Below are positions 31,619 to 43,344 of a DNA stretch of 64,000 nt, one piece after another. The notes beneath the pieces are model-generated. The model was not told where the DNA came from. It did not search any database and saw only the letters and a program-made list of their open reading frames with translations. The position numbers were made by a program, and so were the translations under genes. The stretch covers positions 686,559 through 750,558 of the forward strand of contig JBGAGU010000002.1 in the NCBI GenBank assembly GCA_044226505.1. Reading direction: 5' to 3'. Within the stretch, counting starts at the first letter, position 1. Every line of letters starts with the position of its first letter. The stretch comes from Opitutaceae bacterium (GTDB taxonomy: Bacteria > Verrucomicrobiota > Verrucomicrobiia > Opitutales > Opitutaceae).

Positions 31619-33025
31619 ATGAGAAACACCGCGCCCCAAGGCCCCGCCCATGCCAGCACCAGCCCGGCGCTCAGCCGCCGCCAGTTCCTCCGTGGCGTCG
31701 GCGCCACGGTGGCGCTGCCCGCCTTCGCCTCGTTGCTGCCGGCGCGCGCGTTCGCCGCCGCGGCGAGCGCCGCGCCGCTCGGCGTGACCGCCACGGGCGC
31801 GCCGCTGCGCACGGCCTTTGTCTTCTTTCCCAACGGCGCGATTCCCGCCGCCTGGTGGCCCGAGGCGGGCGCGACCGCGTCGGACTTTGCCTTCAACTCT
31901 ACCCTCGCCGCGCTCGATCCCCTGCGCCGCAGCGTGCAGGTGCTGGGCGGCCTCGATCACGCCAATGCCGTCGGGGGCCCCGATGGCGCGGGCGACCATG
32001 CCCGCGGCAACGGCGTCTTCCTCACCGGCGTGCGCCTCAACAAGAGCGCGACCGACATCCGCGCCGGCGTCTCCATCGACCAGGCCATCGCCAGCCAGAT
32101 TGGCCACCTCACGCGCCTGCCCTCGCTCGAGCTCACCTGCGACTCCACGCGCAGGTCTGGCGACTGCGACTCCGGCTACTCCTGCGCCTACCAATACAAC
32201 CTCTCCTGGAAGGACGCCCGCACCCCGCTGCCCCCAGAAAGCAACCCGCGCCTCGTCTTCGAGCGCCTCTTCGGCCCCGGCGCCCACGGCGAGCGCATCG
32301 CCGGCGCGCAGCGCCGCATCGCCGAGCGCCGGTCCGTGCTCGACTTCGTGCTCGACGACACGCGGCGCATGGCCGGCCGCCTCGACTCCGCGGATCGGGC
32401 CAAGCTCGAACAGTATCTCACCGGCATCCGCGAGGTGGAGCTGCGCATCCAGCGCGCCGAGCAATTCGGCCCCAACGCCGATCCCGATCGCCCCACGCCC
32501 CCGGGCATCCCCGCCAGCCAGGCCGACTACGTGGACCTCATGTATGACATGATGCTCCTCGCCTTCCAGACCGACTCCACGCGCACCGCGACGCTCCTCC
32601 TCGGCCACGACGGCGACAACCGCTCGTTCTCCGAGATCGGCATTTCGGAAGGCCACCACGATCTCTCGCACCATCAGGACAACGCCGAGCGCATCGAGAA
32701 GCTGAAGCAAATCGACAAGTGGTATGTCGATCGCTTCGCCGCCTTCCTCACGCGCCTCGATGCCACCAAGGACGTGGACGGCCGCTCGCTGCTGCACAAC
32801 TCGCGCATCGTCTATGGCAGCGGCAACGCGGACTCCAACCGCCACACGCACAACAACCTTCCCGTGCTGCTCGCCGGCCACGGCGGCGGCCTGCTCACGC
32901 CCGGTCGCTACGTGAAGCACGGCGCGAAGCCGATGAGCAACCTCTTCCTCAGCCTCGCCGACCAGGCCGGCGTGAAGCGCCTCGAGCGTTTCGGCGATTC
33001 GACCGGCCGGCTGGCCGACGTTTAG
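31619..33025 (+). CDS. DUF1552 family protein (Tat-signal; partner of DUF1592 proteins)
   Basis: LSRRQFLRGVGATVALPAFASL Tat-like signal and GHHDLSHHQDN (the H-x-x-SHH motif typical of DUF1552). Confidence 0.8.
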   Translation: MRNTAPQGPAHASTSPALSRRQFLRGVGATVALPAFASLLPARAFAAAASAAPLGVTATGAPLRTAFVFFPNGAIPAAWWPEAGATASDFAFNSTLAALDPLRRSVQVLGGLDHANAVGGPDGAGDHARGNGVFLTGVRLNKSATDIRAGVSIDQAIASQIGHLTRLPSLELTCDSTRRSGDCDSGYSCAYQYNLSWKDARTPLPPESNPRLVFERLFGPGAHGERIAGAQRRIAERRSVLDFVLDDTRRMAGRLDSADRAKLEQYLTGIREVELRIQRAEQFGPNADPDRPTPPGIPASQADYVDLMYDMMLLAFQTDSTRTATLLLGHDGDNRSFSEIGISEGHHDLSHHQDNAERIEKLKQIDKWYVDRFAAFLTRLDATKDVDGRSLLHNSRIVYGSGNADSNRHTHNNLPVLLAGHGGGLLTPGRYVKHGAKPMSNLFLSLADQAGVKRLERFGDSTGRLADV

Positions 33026-33067
33026 TTCGCCCCCCGCCGCCGCGGGCGTCCCCGCCCGCGCCCCGCA

Positions 33068-34624
33068 ATGGAGCGGCGGCTTTCCCGCCGCCGTTCAAAG
33101 GCCGCCTCGCGCGACTTGAAGCTTGGAACCATGCGCCCGCCCAGCGCATCCTCGCCGCATCGTCTCCCGATGCGCTGGCTTCCTGCAACCCGCCGCCTTG
33201 GCGTGCCTGCCGTCCTGCTCGCCGTCGCGCTCGGCGTGTGCGGATGGCAATGGGCCGAGCATCGCGCCTTTGCGCGCTCCGCGGTGCAAACGCTGGTCAA
33301 CCGGGGCCGCGACATCACGTCGACTCTGGGCGTGGTCGTGCGCTCCCAGCGTCGCTACGGCCTCATCGTTTCCAAGGATCGCATCGAATCCGCCCTCCAG
33401 GATCTCGTCCGCCCCGGCGAACTCGAGTCCATCGCGATCCTCGGCGCCACGGGCGAAACGATCGCCAGCGCCGGCGGCCCCATCCCGGTGACGCCCGACA
33501 TGCTGCGCGCGCCCGGGCCGCATTGGCGCGACCGCACCGTCACCCTCATGAACCTCATGGACCTGGGGTTCAACGCGTCGGACGCCGCCGCCCGCCCCGC
33601 GCCCGCGATCGTCGTGAGCGATCCGCGCGCGTTTCGCCCGGGCCAGACCCGCCGAAGCGCCGAGGCTGGCGTCGCCCCCAAGGCGGGCGAGAACTCCGAG
33701 GCCGCCGCCGCGCGCACGCCGTTCGGGCGCCCCTCATGGATGAGCCGGGAGGACTACGATGCCGTCATCCAAAAGCAGGGCATGCACAGCCTCGTGGTTT
33801 CCCTTTCCACGGACGAGATGCACCGGGCCGTCAACAGCGACCTCCTGCTCCGCTCCCTCGTCGGCCTCCTCGCCTTGGGCGCCGCGGTGCTCTCGACCCT
33901 CGCGTGGCGCAACGTCGTGCGCAACTCCGAGCTCCAGATTCGGCTCGTGAAGGCCGGCGAGATGAACGCCCGCCTCAGCGAGATGAACTTCGCCGCCGCC
34001 GGCCTCGCCCACGAGACCCGCAATCCCCTCAACCTCATCCGCGGCCTCGCCCACCTCATCGCCGCCGAGCCCGCCACGCCGCCCCGGCTCAAGGCGCATG
34101 CCGCCGGCATCCTTGAGGAGGCCGACCGCGTCACGGTCCAGCTCAACGAGTTCATCAACTACTCCAAGCCCCGCGAGGTCCATGCCGTGCCGGTGGAGGT
34201 GTCGCGTCTCGTCGCGGACGTCGCCCGCACGCTGCAACCCGACCTCGAGGAGAAAAAAATCGTGTTCACGCCGCCGGCCCCGCTCACCATCGCCGCGGAT
34301 CCGCCGCTGCTGCGGCAGGCGCTGTTCAATCTCATCCTCAACGCCGTGCAGGCGGCCGACCCCGGCGGCCGCATCGAGGCGCGCTGGTCCGTCAGCGGCG
34401 ATGGCGAGGCCACGCTCGAAATCCGCGACGACGGTCCCGGCGTGCCCGCGGCCGAGCGCACCAACATCTTCAAGCCCTACGTGACCATGCGCCCCAAGGG
34501 CGCGGGCCTCGGCCTCGCGATTGTGCAGCAAATCGTCTCCGCCCACCGTTGGGAAATCGCCTGCCTCGCGCACGAGCCCCGCGGCGCGATTTTTCGCATC
34601 AGCCACCTGAAGCTCGCCGCATGA
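33068..34624 (+). CDS. Sensor histidine kinase (two TM segments, periplasmic domain, HisKA + HATPase_c)
   Basis: H-box FAAAGLAHETRNPLN, N-box LFNLILNAVQA, and G-boxes IRDDGPGV and GAGLGLAIV. The start could instead be ATG 33131. Confidence 0.85.
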   Translation: MERRLSRRRSKAASRDLKLGTMRPPSASSPHRLPMRWLPATRRLGVPAVLLAVALGVCGWQWAEHRAFARSAVQTLVNRGRDITSTLGVVVRSQRRYGLIVSKDRIESALQDLVRPGELESIAILGATGETIASAGGPIPVTPDMLRAPGPHWRDRTVTLMNLMDLGFNASDAAARPAPAIVVSDPRAFRPGQTRRSAEAGVAPKAGENSEAAAARTPFGRPSWMSREDYDAVIQKQGMHSLVVSLSTDEMHRAVNSDLLLRSLVGLLALGAAVLSTLAWRNVVRNSELQIRLVKAGEMNARLSEMNFAAAGLAHETRNPLNLIRGLAHLIAAEPATPPRLKAHAAGILEEADRVTVQLNEFINYSKPREVHAVPVEVSRLVADVARTLQPDLEEKKIVFTPPAPLTIAADPPLLRQALFNLILNAVQAADPGGRIEARWSVSGDGEATLEIRDDGPGVPAAERTNIFKPYVTMRPKGAGLGLAIVQQIVSAHRWEIACLAHEPRGAIFRISHLKLAA

Positions 34625-34712
34625 AGCCGCCCAGCAGCGGCGGGCGTCCCCGCCCGCCGATCCAGGATCTCCGCCCAACCCCCGCGGGCCGGCACGCCCG
34701 CCGCCGCAAAGC

Positions 34713-36059
34713 GTGAAGACCGCCCGCATCCTCATCGTCGACGACGACCACGGGCAGCGCAGCGTGCTCGAGTCGTTCCTGCGCGGCCATGGCTACGAGA
34801 CGCAGTCGGCCGCCTCTGGCGAGGCGGCGCTCCAGTTGCTCGCCGACCGCCCGTTTGCGATGATGATCAGCGATGTCCGCATGCCCGGCCTCTCGGGCCT
34901 CGAGACGCTGCGCCGGGTGCGGCAGCGCGACACCACGCTGCCCGTCCTGCTCATCACGGCGTTTGCCGACATCCGCAGCGCCGTCACCGCCATGCGCGAC
35001 GGCGCCGTGAACTACCTCGCCAAGCCCATCGACCTCGACGAGCTCCTCGCCACCGTCCGCATCGCCCTCGATCCCGGCGGCGCGCCGGCCACGCCCGACC
35101 GGGCGATGCCACCGCTGCCTTCCGGCGTGATCGCCGCCAGCCCGCTCATGCTGGCGGTCCTGCGCGACGCCGCCGTGATCGCGCGCACCGACGCGCGCGT
35201 GCTCATCACGGGCGAGAGCGGCGCCGGCAAGGAGGTCCTCGCCGACGTGATCCATGCCTGGAGCCCGCGCGCCGCGCGCCCGCTCGTGAAGGTCGCGTGC
35301 GGCGCGAGCCCCGAGCGCGAGTTGGAGAGCGAACTCTTCGGCCACGAGCGCGGCGCGTTTCCCGCCGCCACGCAGCGGCGCCTCGGCCGCATCGAGGAGG
35401 CCGCCGGCGGCACGCTCTTCCTCGACGAGATCGGCGACCTGCCCGCCGCCGTGCAGGCCAAGCTCCTCGGCCTGATCAACGACGGCACCTTCCGCCGCCT
35501 CGGCGCCACGCGCGATCAGAAGGCCGACGTCCGCCTCATCGCCGCCACGCACCGCGACCTCGAGGCGCAGATCGCCGCGGGGAAGTTCCGCGAGGATCTC
35601 TTCCACCGCCTCAACGCGATGGAGCTGCACGTGCCGCCGCTGCGCGAGCGCCCTGAGGACATCCAGCCGCTCGCCGCGCACTTCATCGCGCTCGCCTCGC
35701 GGCAAAGGCCGCGCTTTTCCGCGACGGTGGCCGCCGCGCTCGCCCGCCACGCCTGGCCCGGCAATGTCCACGAGCTGCGCAACGCCATGGAGCGCGCCGC
35801 CCTCCTCTCTCGCGGCGAAATCGTGCTGCCCGAGCACCTGCCCGCGCGCCTGATGGAGGCCGCGGCCGTGCCCGTCGCCGCCGAGTCGCAGCGCCTCGAG
35901 CAAATCGAGCGCGAGGCGATCCTGCGCGCGCTGCGGAAGAACAATTTCAACCGCACGGAGACCGCCAAGGAACTCGCCATCAGCCGCCGCGCCCTCACCT
36001 ACAAGCTCCAACGCCTGCGGGCCGAGGGCACGCCGGTGGACCCGGTGACGGCGGAGTGA
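34713..36059 (+). CDS. Sigma-54-dependent response regulator (NtrC family: REC + AAA+ + Fis-type HTH)
   Basis: REC domain ([24 protein letters not shown]). Walker A GESGAGKE, an [12 protein letters not shown] (GAFTGA-like) loop and Walker [11 protein letters not shown]-terminal [19 protein letters not shown]. Confidence 0.9.
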   Translation: MKTARILIVDDDHGQRSVLESFLRGHGYETQSAASGEAALQLLADRPFAMMISDVRMPGLSGLETLRRVRQRDTTLPVLLITAFADIRSAVTAMRDGAVNYLAKPIDLDELLATVRIALDPGGAPATPDRAMPPLPSGVIAASPLMLAVLRDAAVIARTDARVLITGESGAGKEVLADVIHAWSPRAARPLVKVACGASPERELESELFGHERGAFPAATQRRLGRIEEAAGGTLFLDEIGDLPAAVQAKLLGLINDGTFRRLGATRDQKADVRLIAATHRDLEAQIAAGKFREDLFHRLNAMELHVPPLRERPEDIQPLAAHFIALASRQRPRFSATVAAALARHAWPGNVHELRNAMERAALLSRGEIVLPEHLPARLMEAAAVPVAAESQRLEQIEREAILRALRKNNFNRTETAKELAISRRALTYKLQRLRAEGTPVDPVTAE

Positions 36060-36064
36060 CGATC

Positions 36065-37567
36065 ATGAATCGTTCAAGAAATTGCGCGATGCGGCAGGCA
36101 GGAGCGCGCCCGCTTCGACGACCTCTCGCCCTCGCCGCGCTATTCCTTCTCCTTGCTCTCTTCTCCCTCCTACCGGCCGCCGAGCCGCGCGCCCGCCCCA
36201 ACATCCTCTTCATCGCCGCCGACGATCTCGGGAATGTGATCGGCAGCGCGGACCATCCGCTCGTGCGGACGCCGCACCTCGACCGGCTGGCGCGCACGGG
36301 CGTCCACTTCACGCGCGCCTACAACCAGATTCCCCTCTGCAACCCGAGCCGCGCCTCGCTCCTCACCGGCCTGCGGCCCGACATGATCGGCGTGCATGAT
36401 CTCGAGCGGCATTTCCGCTCGGCCGTGCCCGACGCGATCACGCTGCCGCAGGCGTTTCGCCGCGCGGGCTGGTGGGCGGGGCGCGTCGGGAAAATCTTCC
36501 ACTACGACGTGCCCGCGCAGATCGGCACGGCCGGCCTTGACGATCCGCCGTCGTGGGACGCGACCATCAACCCGAAGGGCCGCGACATCGCCGACGAAAG
36601 GCTCATCGCCAACCCCACGCCCGGAAAACCGATCAGCGCCGCGCTGAGCTGGCTCGCCGCCGACGGCGACGACACCGAGCAGACCGACGGGATGATCGCC
36701 ACCGAGGCGATCCGGCTGATGGGCGAGCAGCGCGACCGGCCGTTTTTCCTCGGCGTCGGCTTCTTCCGCCCGCACACGCCGTTCGTCGCGCCGCGGAAAT
36801 ACTTCGATCTCTACCCGCTGGAAAAAATCCGCCTGCCCCGCGCGCCCGCCCGCGACCGCGCTGACATCCCGCCGATCGCCTTCGCGCACAACAACCCGAC
36901 GCCCAACTACGGCCTCGATGAGGCGACGTGCCGCCGCGCGCTGCAGGCGTATTACGCCTGCGTGTCCTTCCTCGACGCGCAGGTCGGCCGCGTGCTCGAC
37001 GCGCTGGACCGCCTCGGCCTCGCGGAGAGCACCCTCGTCGTCTTCTGGAGCGACCACGGCTACCACCTCGGCGAGCACGGCGGCGCGTGGCAGAAACGCA
37101 CGCTCTTCGAGGAATCCGCCCGGACACCCTTGCTCATCCGCGCCCCGCGCGCCACCGGCAACGGCCGCGCGTGCGAGCGGATCGTCGAGTTCATCGACAT
37201 TTTCCCGACCCTCGCCGAGCTCGCCGCGATCCCCGTCCCGCCGAAGCTGGCGGGCCGCAGCCTCGCGCCGCTGCTCGCTGATCCACGGCGCGCCTGGGAG
37301 GGAGCGGCCTTCACGCAAATCCTCCGCCCGGGCGAAGGCTCGCCCGTGATGGGCCGCAGCGTGCGCACCGCTCGCTGGCGCTACACCGAGTGGGCCGGCG
37401 GCGCCGCGGGCGCCGAGCTCTACGACCACACCGCGGACCCGCACGAGTTCACGAACCTCGCCGCCGATCCCGCCCAGGCCGGCGTGCGCGCCGAGCTGCG
37501 CGCGCGTCTCGAGGGCCGCGTGCGCGCCGACGCGCCGGCAGGCGGTTTCAATCCGGCCCGGCTGTAG
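36065..37567 (+). CDS. Sulfatase (formylglycine-dependent; iduronate-2-sulfatase-like)
   Basis: [11 protein letters not shown] and the sulfatase signature [13 protein letters not shown] (C-x-P-x-R), preceded by a signal peptide. Confidence 0.9.
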   Translation: MNRSRNCAMRQAGARPLRRPLALAALFLLLALFSLLPAAEPRARPNILFIAADDLGNVIGSADHPLVRTPHLDRLARTGVHFTRAYNQIPLCNPSRASLLTGLRPDMIGVHDLERHFRSAVPDAITLPQAFRRAGWWAGRVGKIFHYDVPAQIGTAGLDDPPSWDATINPKGRDIADERLIANPTPGKPISAALSWLAADGDDTEQTDGMIATEAIRLMGEQRDRPFFLGVGFFRPHTPFVAPRKYFDLYPLEKIRLPRAPARDRADIPPIAFAHNNPTPNYGLDEATCRRALQAYYACVSFLDAQVGRVLDALDRLGLAESTLVVFWSDHGYHLGEHGGAWQKRTLFEESARTPLLIRAPRATGNGRACERIVEFIDIFPTLAELAAIPVPPKLAGRSLAPLLADPRRAWEGAAFTQILRPGEGSPVMGRSVRTARWRYTEWAGGAAGAELYDHTADPHEFTNLAADPAQAGVRAELRARLEGRVRADAPAGGFNPARL

Positions 37568-37632
37568 CGGCGCGCGCCGGCGGCGCCGACGCCCCGCCAT
37601 TCGCGGGCGCTCGCGGCGGCCGCGGACGTCAC

Positions 37633-39042
37633 CTACGCCAGGATTTCCTTCACGACCCTGCCGTGCACATCGGTGAGGCGGTAGCGGCGGCCCTGGAACT
37701 TGTAGGTCAGCCGCTCGTGATCGAGGCCGAAGAGGTGCAGCAGCGTCGCGTGCAGGTCGTGGATGTGGACGGGATCCTTGGCGATGTTGTAGCCGAACTC
37801 GTCGGTCTCGCCGTGCACGTGCCCGGCCTTCACGCCGCCGCCGGCCATCCAGATCGTGAAGCAGCGCGGGTGGTGGTCGCGGCCAAAATTGGTCTCGGTC
37901 ATCAGGCCCTGGCAGTAGTTGGTGCGGCCAAACTCGCCGCCCCACACGACGAGCGTGTCGTCGAGCAGGCCGCGCTGCCTGAGGTCCGCGACGAGCGCGG
38001 CCGACGCGCGGTCGGTCTGCGCGGTCTCGCGCCTGATGCCGGCGGGCAGGCCGCCGTGATGATCCCAGTCCTGGTGGTAGAGCTGGATGAAGCGCACGCC
38101 GCGCTCGGCGAGGCGGCGCGCGAGCAGGCAGTTGTAGGCATAGGTGCCCGGCGTGCGCGCGTCGGGTCCGTAGCTGTCGACCACGGCGGCCGGCTCGCGG
38201 GAAAGATCGGTGACCTCGGGCACGCTCGTCTGGAGGTTGAACGCCATCTCGTAGTTCGCGATGCGCGCGTTGATCGCGGCGTCGGGCGTGCCCTCGAACT
38301 GATGGTCGTGCAGCTCGCGCAGGCGGTCGAGCGCGAGGCGCCGGCTCTCGGGCGAGATGCCCGCGGGGTTGCCGAGGTAGAGCACGGGATCGGCGCCGGA
38401 GCGAAAGCGCACGCCCTGGTGCCTGGCCGGCAGGAAGCCCGAGCCCCACAGGTGCGACATGAGCGGCTGGCCCTTCTTGTCCTTTGTGAGGAGGACCACG
38501 AACGCCGGCAGGTTCTCGCGCTCGCTGCCAAGCCCGTAGTCGAGCCAGGCGCCGAAGCTCGGCCGCCCGGGAATCTGCGAGCCCGTCTGCATGAACGTCA
38601 CGCCCGGCCCGTGGTTGATCGACTCGGTGAACATCGAGCGCACAAAGCACAGCTCGTCGGCGACCTTCGCGGTGCGCGGGAGCAGCTCGCTCACCCACGC
38701 GCCCGCGCGGCCATGCTGCGCGAACGCGAACGGCGAGCCGGCGATCGGAATCGAGCTTTGGTTGCCCGACATGCCCGTGAGCCGCTGGCCGCGCCGCACG
38801 CTGTCGGGCAGCTGCTCGCCGTGCCGCTGGTTGAGCACCGGCTTGTGATCGAAAAGGTCGAGCTGCGAGGGGCCGCCCGACTGGAAAAGGTAGATGATGC
38901 GCTTGGCCTTCGGCGCGAAGTGCGGCTTGCCCAGCGGCGAATCCACGCTCTCCGCGGCGCCCGCCCGGCCGCCCAGCAGCTCGGCCAGCGCGATGCCCCC
39001 GAGCCCCAGGGCGAATCGATTGAGGCATTCGCGGCGGCTCAT
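37633..39042 (-). CDS. DUF1501 family protein (sulfatase-fold, Tat signal)
   Basis: ATG 39042 gives MSRRECLNRFALGLGGIALAELLG. Typical DUF1501 body (GGPSQLDLFD, GGEFGRT, DHH). Lies downstream of a DUF1553 gene. Confidence 0.85.
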   Translation of the reverse strand: MSRRECLNRFALGLGGIALAELLGGRAGAAESVDSPLGKPHFAPKAKRIIYLFQSGGPSQLDLFDHKPVLNQRHGEQLPDSVRRGQRLTGMSGNQSSIPIAGSPFAFAQHGRAGAWVSELLPRTAKVADELCFVRSMFTESINHGPGVTFMQTGSQIPGRPSFGAWLDYGLGSERENLPAFVVLLTKDKKGQPLMSHLWGSGFLPARHQGVRFRSGADPVLYLGNPAGISPESRRLALDRLRELHDHQFEGTPDAAINARIANYEMAFNLQTSVPEVTDLSREPAAVVDSYGPDARTPGTYAYNCLLARRLAERGVRFIQLYHQDWDHHGGLPAGIRRETAQTDRASAALVADLRQRGLLDDTLVVWGGEFGRTNYCQGLMTETNFGRDHHPRCFTIWMAGGGVKAGHVHGETDEFGYNIAKDPVHIHDLHATLLHLFGLDHERLTYKFQGRRYRLTDVHGRVVKEILA

Positions 39043-39130
39043 CGCGAACCAAGGCTCGCCGCCCGTGCAAACAGGAGGGTGAGGGGCGGCGGGTTTCATG
39101 GCAGCAGGGGATGCGGGCGGAACCGGGTGT

Positions 39131-42100
39131 TCATCGCTTCATCGAAAACAGATCGTGGTTCATCAGGGTGTTGGCCAGCGTGGCGACGGCGGCAATCTCG
39201 GGGGCGGGCAGCCTGGCCTCGGCCGGACGGTCGCCGATTTTCAGGTAAGCCGCGGCCTGCTCGGGATGCTTGTCGAACCACTCGCGCTGCTCGTTGAGCA
39301 GCCGCATGAGGATGCGCTGCTCGGCGGCATCGGGCGCGCGGCCGAGCAGCCTGAGAAAAGCGTCGCCCACGAGCGCCTCGTCGTTGCCGGCATGCGCGCG
39401 GGCGAGGCTCTCGGCGAGCACGCGCGCGGCCTCGGTGAACTGCGGGCCGTTGAGGAGCACGAGCGCATGGAGCGCGGTGCTCGTCGTGTCGCGCTTCGCG
39501 ACGCACACGACGCGCTTGGGCACGTCGAAGGCCTCGAGCACGGGGGCCGGGCCGTTGCGCCGCCAGTAGGTGTAGAGGCTGCGCCGGTGGAGCGCGTCGC
39601 CCTTGCCCGCGGGCTCCGGCTTGAACGACTCCGGGATGTCATAGGTGAAGACGGGCGGGCCGCCGATCTGCTCGACGAGCAGGCCGCTGGCCGCGAGCGC
39701 CTGGTCGCGGATCATCTCCGCGGGAAGCCGGTGGCTCGGCCCGCGGGCCAGGCGGATATTGTCCGGATCCTCGGCGAGCGCCTCGGCCGCGACGGCGCTG
39801 CGCTGGCGATAGGTGCGCGAGGTGACGATCAGCTTGAGCAAGGCCTTCACGTCCCAGCCGGAGCGCACGAATTCCCCGGCGAGCCAGTCGAGCAGCGCCC
39901 CATGCTCGGGGCGCTCGCCCTGCGTGCCAAAGTCGTCGGCCGTCTTCACGAGGCCCCGGCCGAAAAGCGCCTGCCAGAAACGGTTCACCGTCACGCGAGC
40001 CAGCAGCGGGTGATCCGGCGCGGTGAGCCAGCGGGCGAGGCCGAGGCGGTTGCGCGGCTGATCGGCGGGAAACGGCGGCAGCACCGCGGGGGTGCCGGCG
40101 CTCACGCGTTCGCCGCGCTGATCGTAGTCGCCGCGCTTCAGCACGAAGGCGGGCTTGGGCTGCGGCAGCTCGCGCATGACCATGAGATCCTTGGCGGCGT
40201 CGGCGAGCTTCGTCACCGCGGCGCGCGCGGCGGCCAGCTCGGCGGCCTGGCCGACCCAGGCCTCGTCGTGGCGCGCGAGGTAGTAGTCGAAGGCCGACTC
40301 CGGCTCCATCCCGAGCGTGACGCCGGGCGCGGCAAGCTCGCGGATTTCCGGGACAGTGAGCGCCCGGCCAAAAACGCGCAGGTCATCGACCAGCCCGCCC
40401 TTGAAGCCGCGATCACGGAACCGTTCGCCGATGGCGATGAAGTCGCCGCCGCCGCCGGTGATGTCCTTGGTCAGATTGTCACGGATGATCTCGGTGCGCG
40501 CGGGCCGGCCGTTGACGAAGAGGTGCAGCCCCGCGGCGCGGCTCGAGCCGTCGTTCACCACCGTGACATGGACCCACTGCCCGACCGGCACGGGCTCGGT
40601 CGCGCGAATCGAAATGGCGTCGCCCGGCCAAAAGTGGATCAGCGACCACTTGAGCCGGCCCTCCTCGATCAAGAGCTCGTAGCCGCGGCTCGCGGCGTCG
40701 GTCCACGCCCGGGAGCGGTGCAGGACTACCGCGCGCTCCTTCACGTCGGGCGTCTGCATCCAAAGGGAAATCGTGAAGGGGTCATGGCGGTGGAAATTGC
40801 CAAGCCGTGTGTTGATGGGGTGATCGCCAGTCAGCCTGACCGCAAGGCCGGAGCGCCCGGAGCGGCCGGGGACGGAGTTGTTTTCCTTGGGCGTCGAGGC
40901 GTAGTCGCCGGCCTTGGCCGTGTTGGCGAACCGTTGGGCGCCGCGAAGTTTTTCGGTGGCCTCGGCACCCGGCTCGTCGGCCGGCGGCGGCGCGCCGTCC
41001 TTGGCTGACTTCGGCGCGGGCGGGGGCACCGGCTCAGGTTCGTCGAAGGTAAAGTTCGCCAGCTCGCCGAAAGGCACGACAGGCGCGGCGGCGTTGGCCC
41101 TGAACCACGCGGCAAAAGTCCCGCGGCGCGCGTCGCGCAGCGCGGAGAGCTTGAGCTCCGCCTCGCGCACGGCCGCGAGCGCCGCCGCATAGGCGTCCTT
41201 TTGCGCCGTCGTCTGCACCCACATGGCGGGCGTGGGCGCGGACGACGTGAAGTAGGAGTAGAGCCCGGCCTCGTCGATGTTCTGGAAAAACGCCGCGAGC
41301 GAATAGAACTCCTTCTGCGCGATCGGATCGAACTTGTGGTCGTGGCATCGGGCGCACTCGAGCGTGAGGCCGAGGAACGCGGTCCCGAAGGTGGTCACGC
41401 GATCGTTCACGTAGTTGACGCGATACTCCTCCTCGACGGACCCGCCTTCGCTCTCCATCGCATGCAGGCGGTTGAAGGCTGTCGCGAGCACCTGCTCATC
41501 CGTGGCCTTCGGCAACAGATCGCCGGCCAGCTGCCAGGTGACGAATTTGTCCCACGGCAGGTTTTCGTTGAACGCCTTGATCACCCAATCGCGCCACGGC
41601 CACATGTCGCGCGGGCGATCGACCTGGAAACCGTAGCTGTCGGCGTAGCGCGCCACATCCAGCCAGTCCGCGGTCATGCGTTCGCCGTAGCGCGGTGAAC
41701 CGAGGAGCCGGTCGACCACGCGGCCATAAGCCTCCGCCGAGTTGTCGGCCGCAAACGCCGCGATCTCGCCCGGCGCGGGCGGCAGGCCGGTGAGGTCGAA
41801 GGACACGCGGCGGATGAGCGTCGCCGGATCCGCCTCGGGCTGGAGGCGGCGACCGGCCGAGGCGAGCCTGGCCTGCACAAACGCGTCGATGGGATGCGGC
41901 AATGCGGCGAGGGCCACGGCCGGGGCGTCCGGCTTTTCGGCCTCGCCCTTTTGCGCCGTCTCCGGATCCTCCGGGGCCGGGACGGCGACAGGCTTCAGGC
42001 GCTCGAAGGCCCAGTGCCCGCGATACTCCGCGCCCTCGTCGATCCAGCGGCGGAGCGTGTCGATCTGCTGCGGCGTGAGGCGGGCGAGCTTCGAGCTCGG

Positions 42101-42484
42101 GGGCGGCATCACCTCGTCGTCCTCCGTGCTCGTGACACGGAAGATCAGCTCGCTCTGGGCGCTCTTGCCCGGGACGACGGGGCGCACGCCGTCCTTCTCG
42201 CGACGCGAGCCCTCCGCGGTGTCGAGGCGGAGCTTGGCCTTGCGTCCGGACTCGTCCGGCCCGTGACAGCGAAAACACGTGTCCGAGAGAATCGGCCGCA
42301 CCTCGCGGTCGAAATCGACCGCGGCGCGTGCGCCGGGCGCCAAGGCGCCGGCGAGCAAGAGAACGGGGAGGACGCGGAGAAACACGCGGACCCCACGATG
42401 CGAACGCACCCGCGGCGTGCAAGGCCCCAGCGTGGGAACGGCGCGGCGCAAGCCGGGCCGCCCGAACCCACGTTTGGCTCGCAT
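39131..42484 (-). CDS. PSCyt/DUF1549/LamG/DUF1553 protein
   Basis: Cytochrome-like [19 protein letters not shown], a DUF1549 region and [11 protein letters not shown]. Contains a Laminin-G-like insert ([10 protein letters not shown]...[10 protein letters not shown]...LFVNG) and a DUF1553 C-terminus. Start uncertain: ATG 42484 or GTG near 42409. Confidence 0.85.
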   Translation of the reverse strand: MRAKRGFGRPGLRRAVPTLGPCTPRVRSHRGVRVFLRVLPVLLLAGALAPGARAAVDFDREVRPILSDTCFRCHGPDESGRKAKLRLDTAEGSRREKDGVRPVVPGKSAQSELIFRVTSTEDDEVMPPPSSKLARLTPQQIDTLRRWIDEGAEYRGHWAFERLKPVAVPAPEDPETAQKGEAEKPDAPAVALAALPHPIDAFVQARLASAGRRLQPEADPATLIRRVSFDLTGLPPAPGEIAAFAADNSAEAYGRVVDRLLGSPRYGERMTADWLDVARYADSYGFQVDRPRDMWPWRDWVIKAFNENLPWDKFVTWQLAGDLLPKATDEQVLATAFNRLHAMESEGGSVEEEYRVNYVNDRVTTFGTAFLGLTLECARCHDHKFDPIAQKEFYSLAAFFQNIDEAGLYSYFTSSAPTPAMWVQTTAQKDAYAAALAAVREAELKLSALRDARRGTFAAWFRANAAAPVVPFGELANFTFDEPEPVPPPAPKSAKDGAPPPADEPGAEATEKLRGAQRFANTAKAGDYASTPKENNSVPGRSGRSGLAVRLTGDHPINTRLGNFHRHDPFTISLWMQTPDVKERAVVLHRSRAWTDAASRGYELLIEEGRLKWSLIHFWPGDAISIRATEPVPVGQWVHVTVVNDGSSRAAGLHLFVNGRPARTEIIRDNLTKDITGGGGDFIAIGERFRDRGFKGGLVDDLRVFGRALTVPEIRELAAPGVTLGMEPESAFDYYLARHDEAWVGQAAELAAARAAVTKLADAAKDLMVMRELPQPKPAFVLKRGDYDQRGERVSAGTPAVLPPFPADQPRNRLGLARWLTAPDHPLLARVTVNRFWQALFGRGLVKTADDFGTQGERPEHGALLDWLAGEFVRSGWDVKALLKLIVTSRTYRQRSAVAAEALAEDPDNIRLARGPSHRLPAEMIRDQALAASGLLVEQIGGPPVFTYDIPESFKPEPAGKGDALHRRSLYTYWRRNGPAPVLEAFDVPKRVVCVAKRDTTSTALHALVLLNGPQFTEAARVLAESLARAHAGNDEALVGDAFLRLLGRAPDAAEQRILMRLLNEQREWFDKHPEQAAAYLKIGDRPAEARLPAPEIAAVATLANTLMNHDLFSMKR

Positions 42485-42518
42485 CACGCGCGCGGGGCGT
42501 TGAGATCGCGCCGTTTCC

Positions 42519-43337
42519 ATGCGCTCCGCCGTCACCGTGTCGCTCGTGCCCGAGGCCAAGGCCGGGCCGTTCGTGTTTCACACCGGGCTCGCCGACGCCT
42601 GCGCCCGCGCCGCCGCGCTGGGATTCGACGCGGTGGAGATTTTTCCGCCGTCGGCGGCGGCGCTCGACGCGCGAGAAATTCAGGCGCTTCTCTCGCTCCA
42701 CCGCCTCCGCGTCGCCGCCGTCGGGACGGGCGCCGGCTGGCTCGTGCGCAAGCTGTCGCTCACCTCGCCCGAGGCCGCCGTGCGGCGCGACGCGCGCGCC
42801 TTCATCGGCGAGGTCGTGGATGTGGCCGGGAGCCTGGGCGCACCCGCCATCATCGGATCGATGCAAGGGCGCTGGGAGGGCGCGGCCTCGCGCGAGCAGG
42901 CGCTCGCGTGGCTGGCCGAGGCGCTGGCCGAGCTCGGCGCGCGCGCCTCGCGGCACGGCGTGCCGCTCCTCTACGAGCCCCTGAACCGCTACGAGACCAA
43001 TCTCCTCAACCGCCTCGACGAGACCGCAGCGTGGCTGCGGTCGCGCCGGATCGCGAATGTGCGCATCCTGGCCGATCTGTTTCACATGAACATCGAGGAG
43101 GCCGACTCCGCCGCCGCGCTGCGCGAGGCGGGCGACCTCGTGGGCCATGTGCATTTCGCCGACTCCAACCGCCGCGCCATCGGCCTCGGCCAGACGCGCG
43201 TCGCGCCGATCATCGCGGCGCTGCGCGCCATCGGCTACAACGGCTGCCTCTCAGCCGAGATTTTCCCGCTGCCCGATGCGGCCACCGCCGCCGCGCAGAC
43301 GATCAAGGCGTTCAAGCAGGCGCTCGCCGCCAGCTGA
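42519..43337 (+). CDS. Sugar phosphate isomerase/epimerase (xylose isomerase-like TIM barrel)
   Basis: GFDAVEIFPP, LLYEPLNRYETNLL, LADLFHMNIEE and GHVHFADSNR. Confidence 0.8.
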   Translation: MRSAVTVSLVPEAKAGPFVFHTGLADACARAAALGFDAVEIFPPSAAALDAREIQALLSLHRLRVAAVGTGAGWLVRKLSLTSPEAAVRRDARAFIGEVVDVAGSLGAPAIIGSMQGRWEGAASREQALAWLAEALAELGARASRHGVPLLYEPLNRYETNLLNRLDETAAWLRSRRIANVRILADLFHMNIEEADSAAALREAGDLVGHVHFADSNRRAIGLGQTRVAPIIAALRAIGYNGCLSAEIFPLPDAATAAAQTIKAFKQALAAS

Positions 43338-43344
43338 TCTTTCC

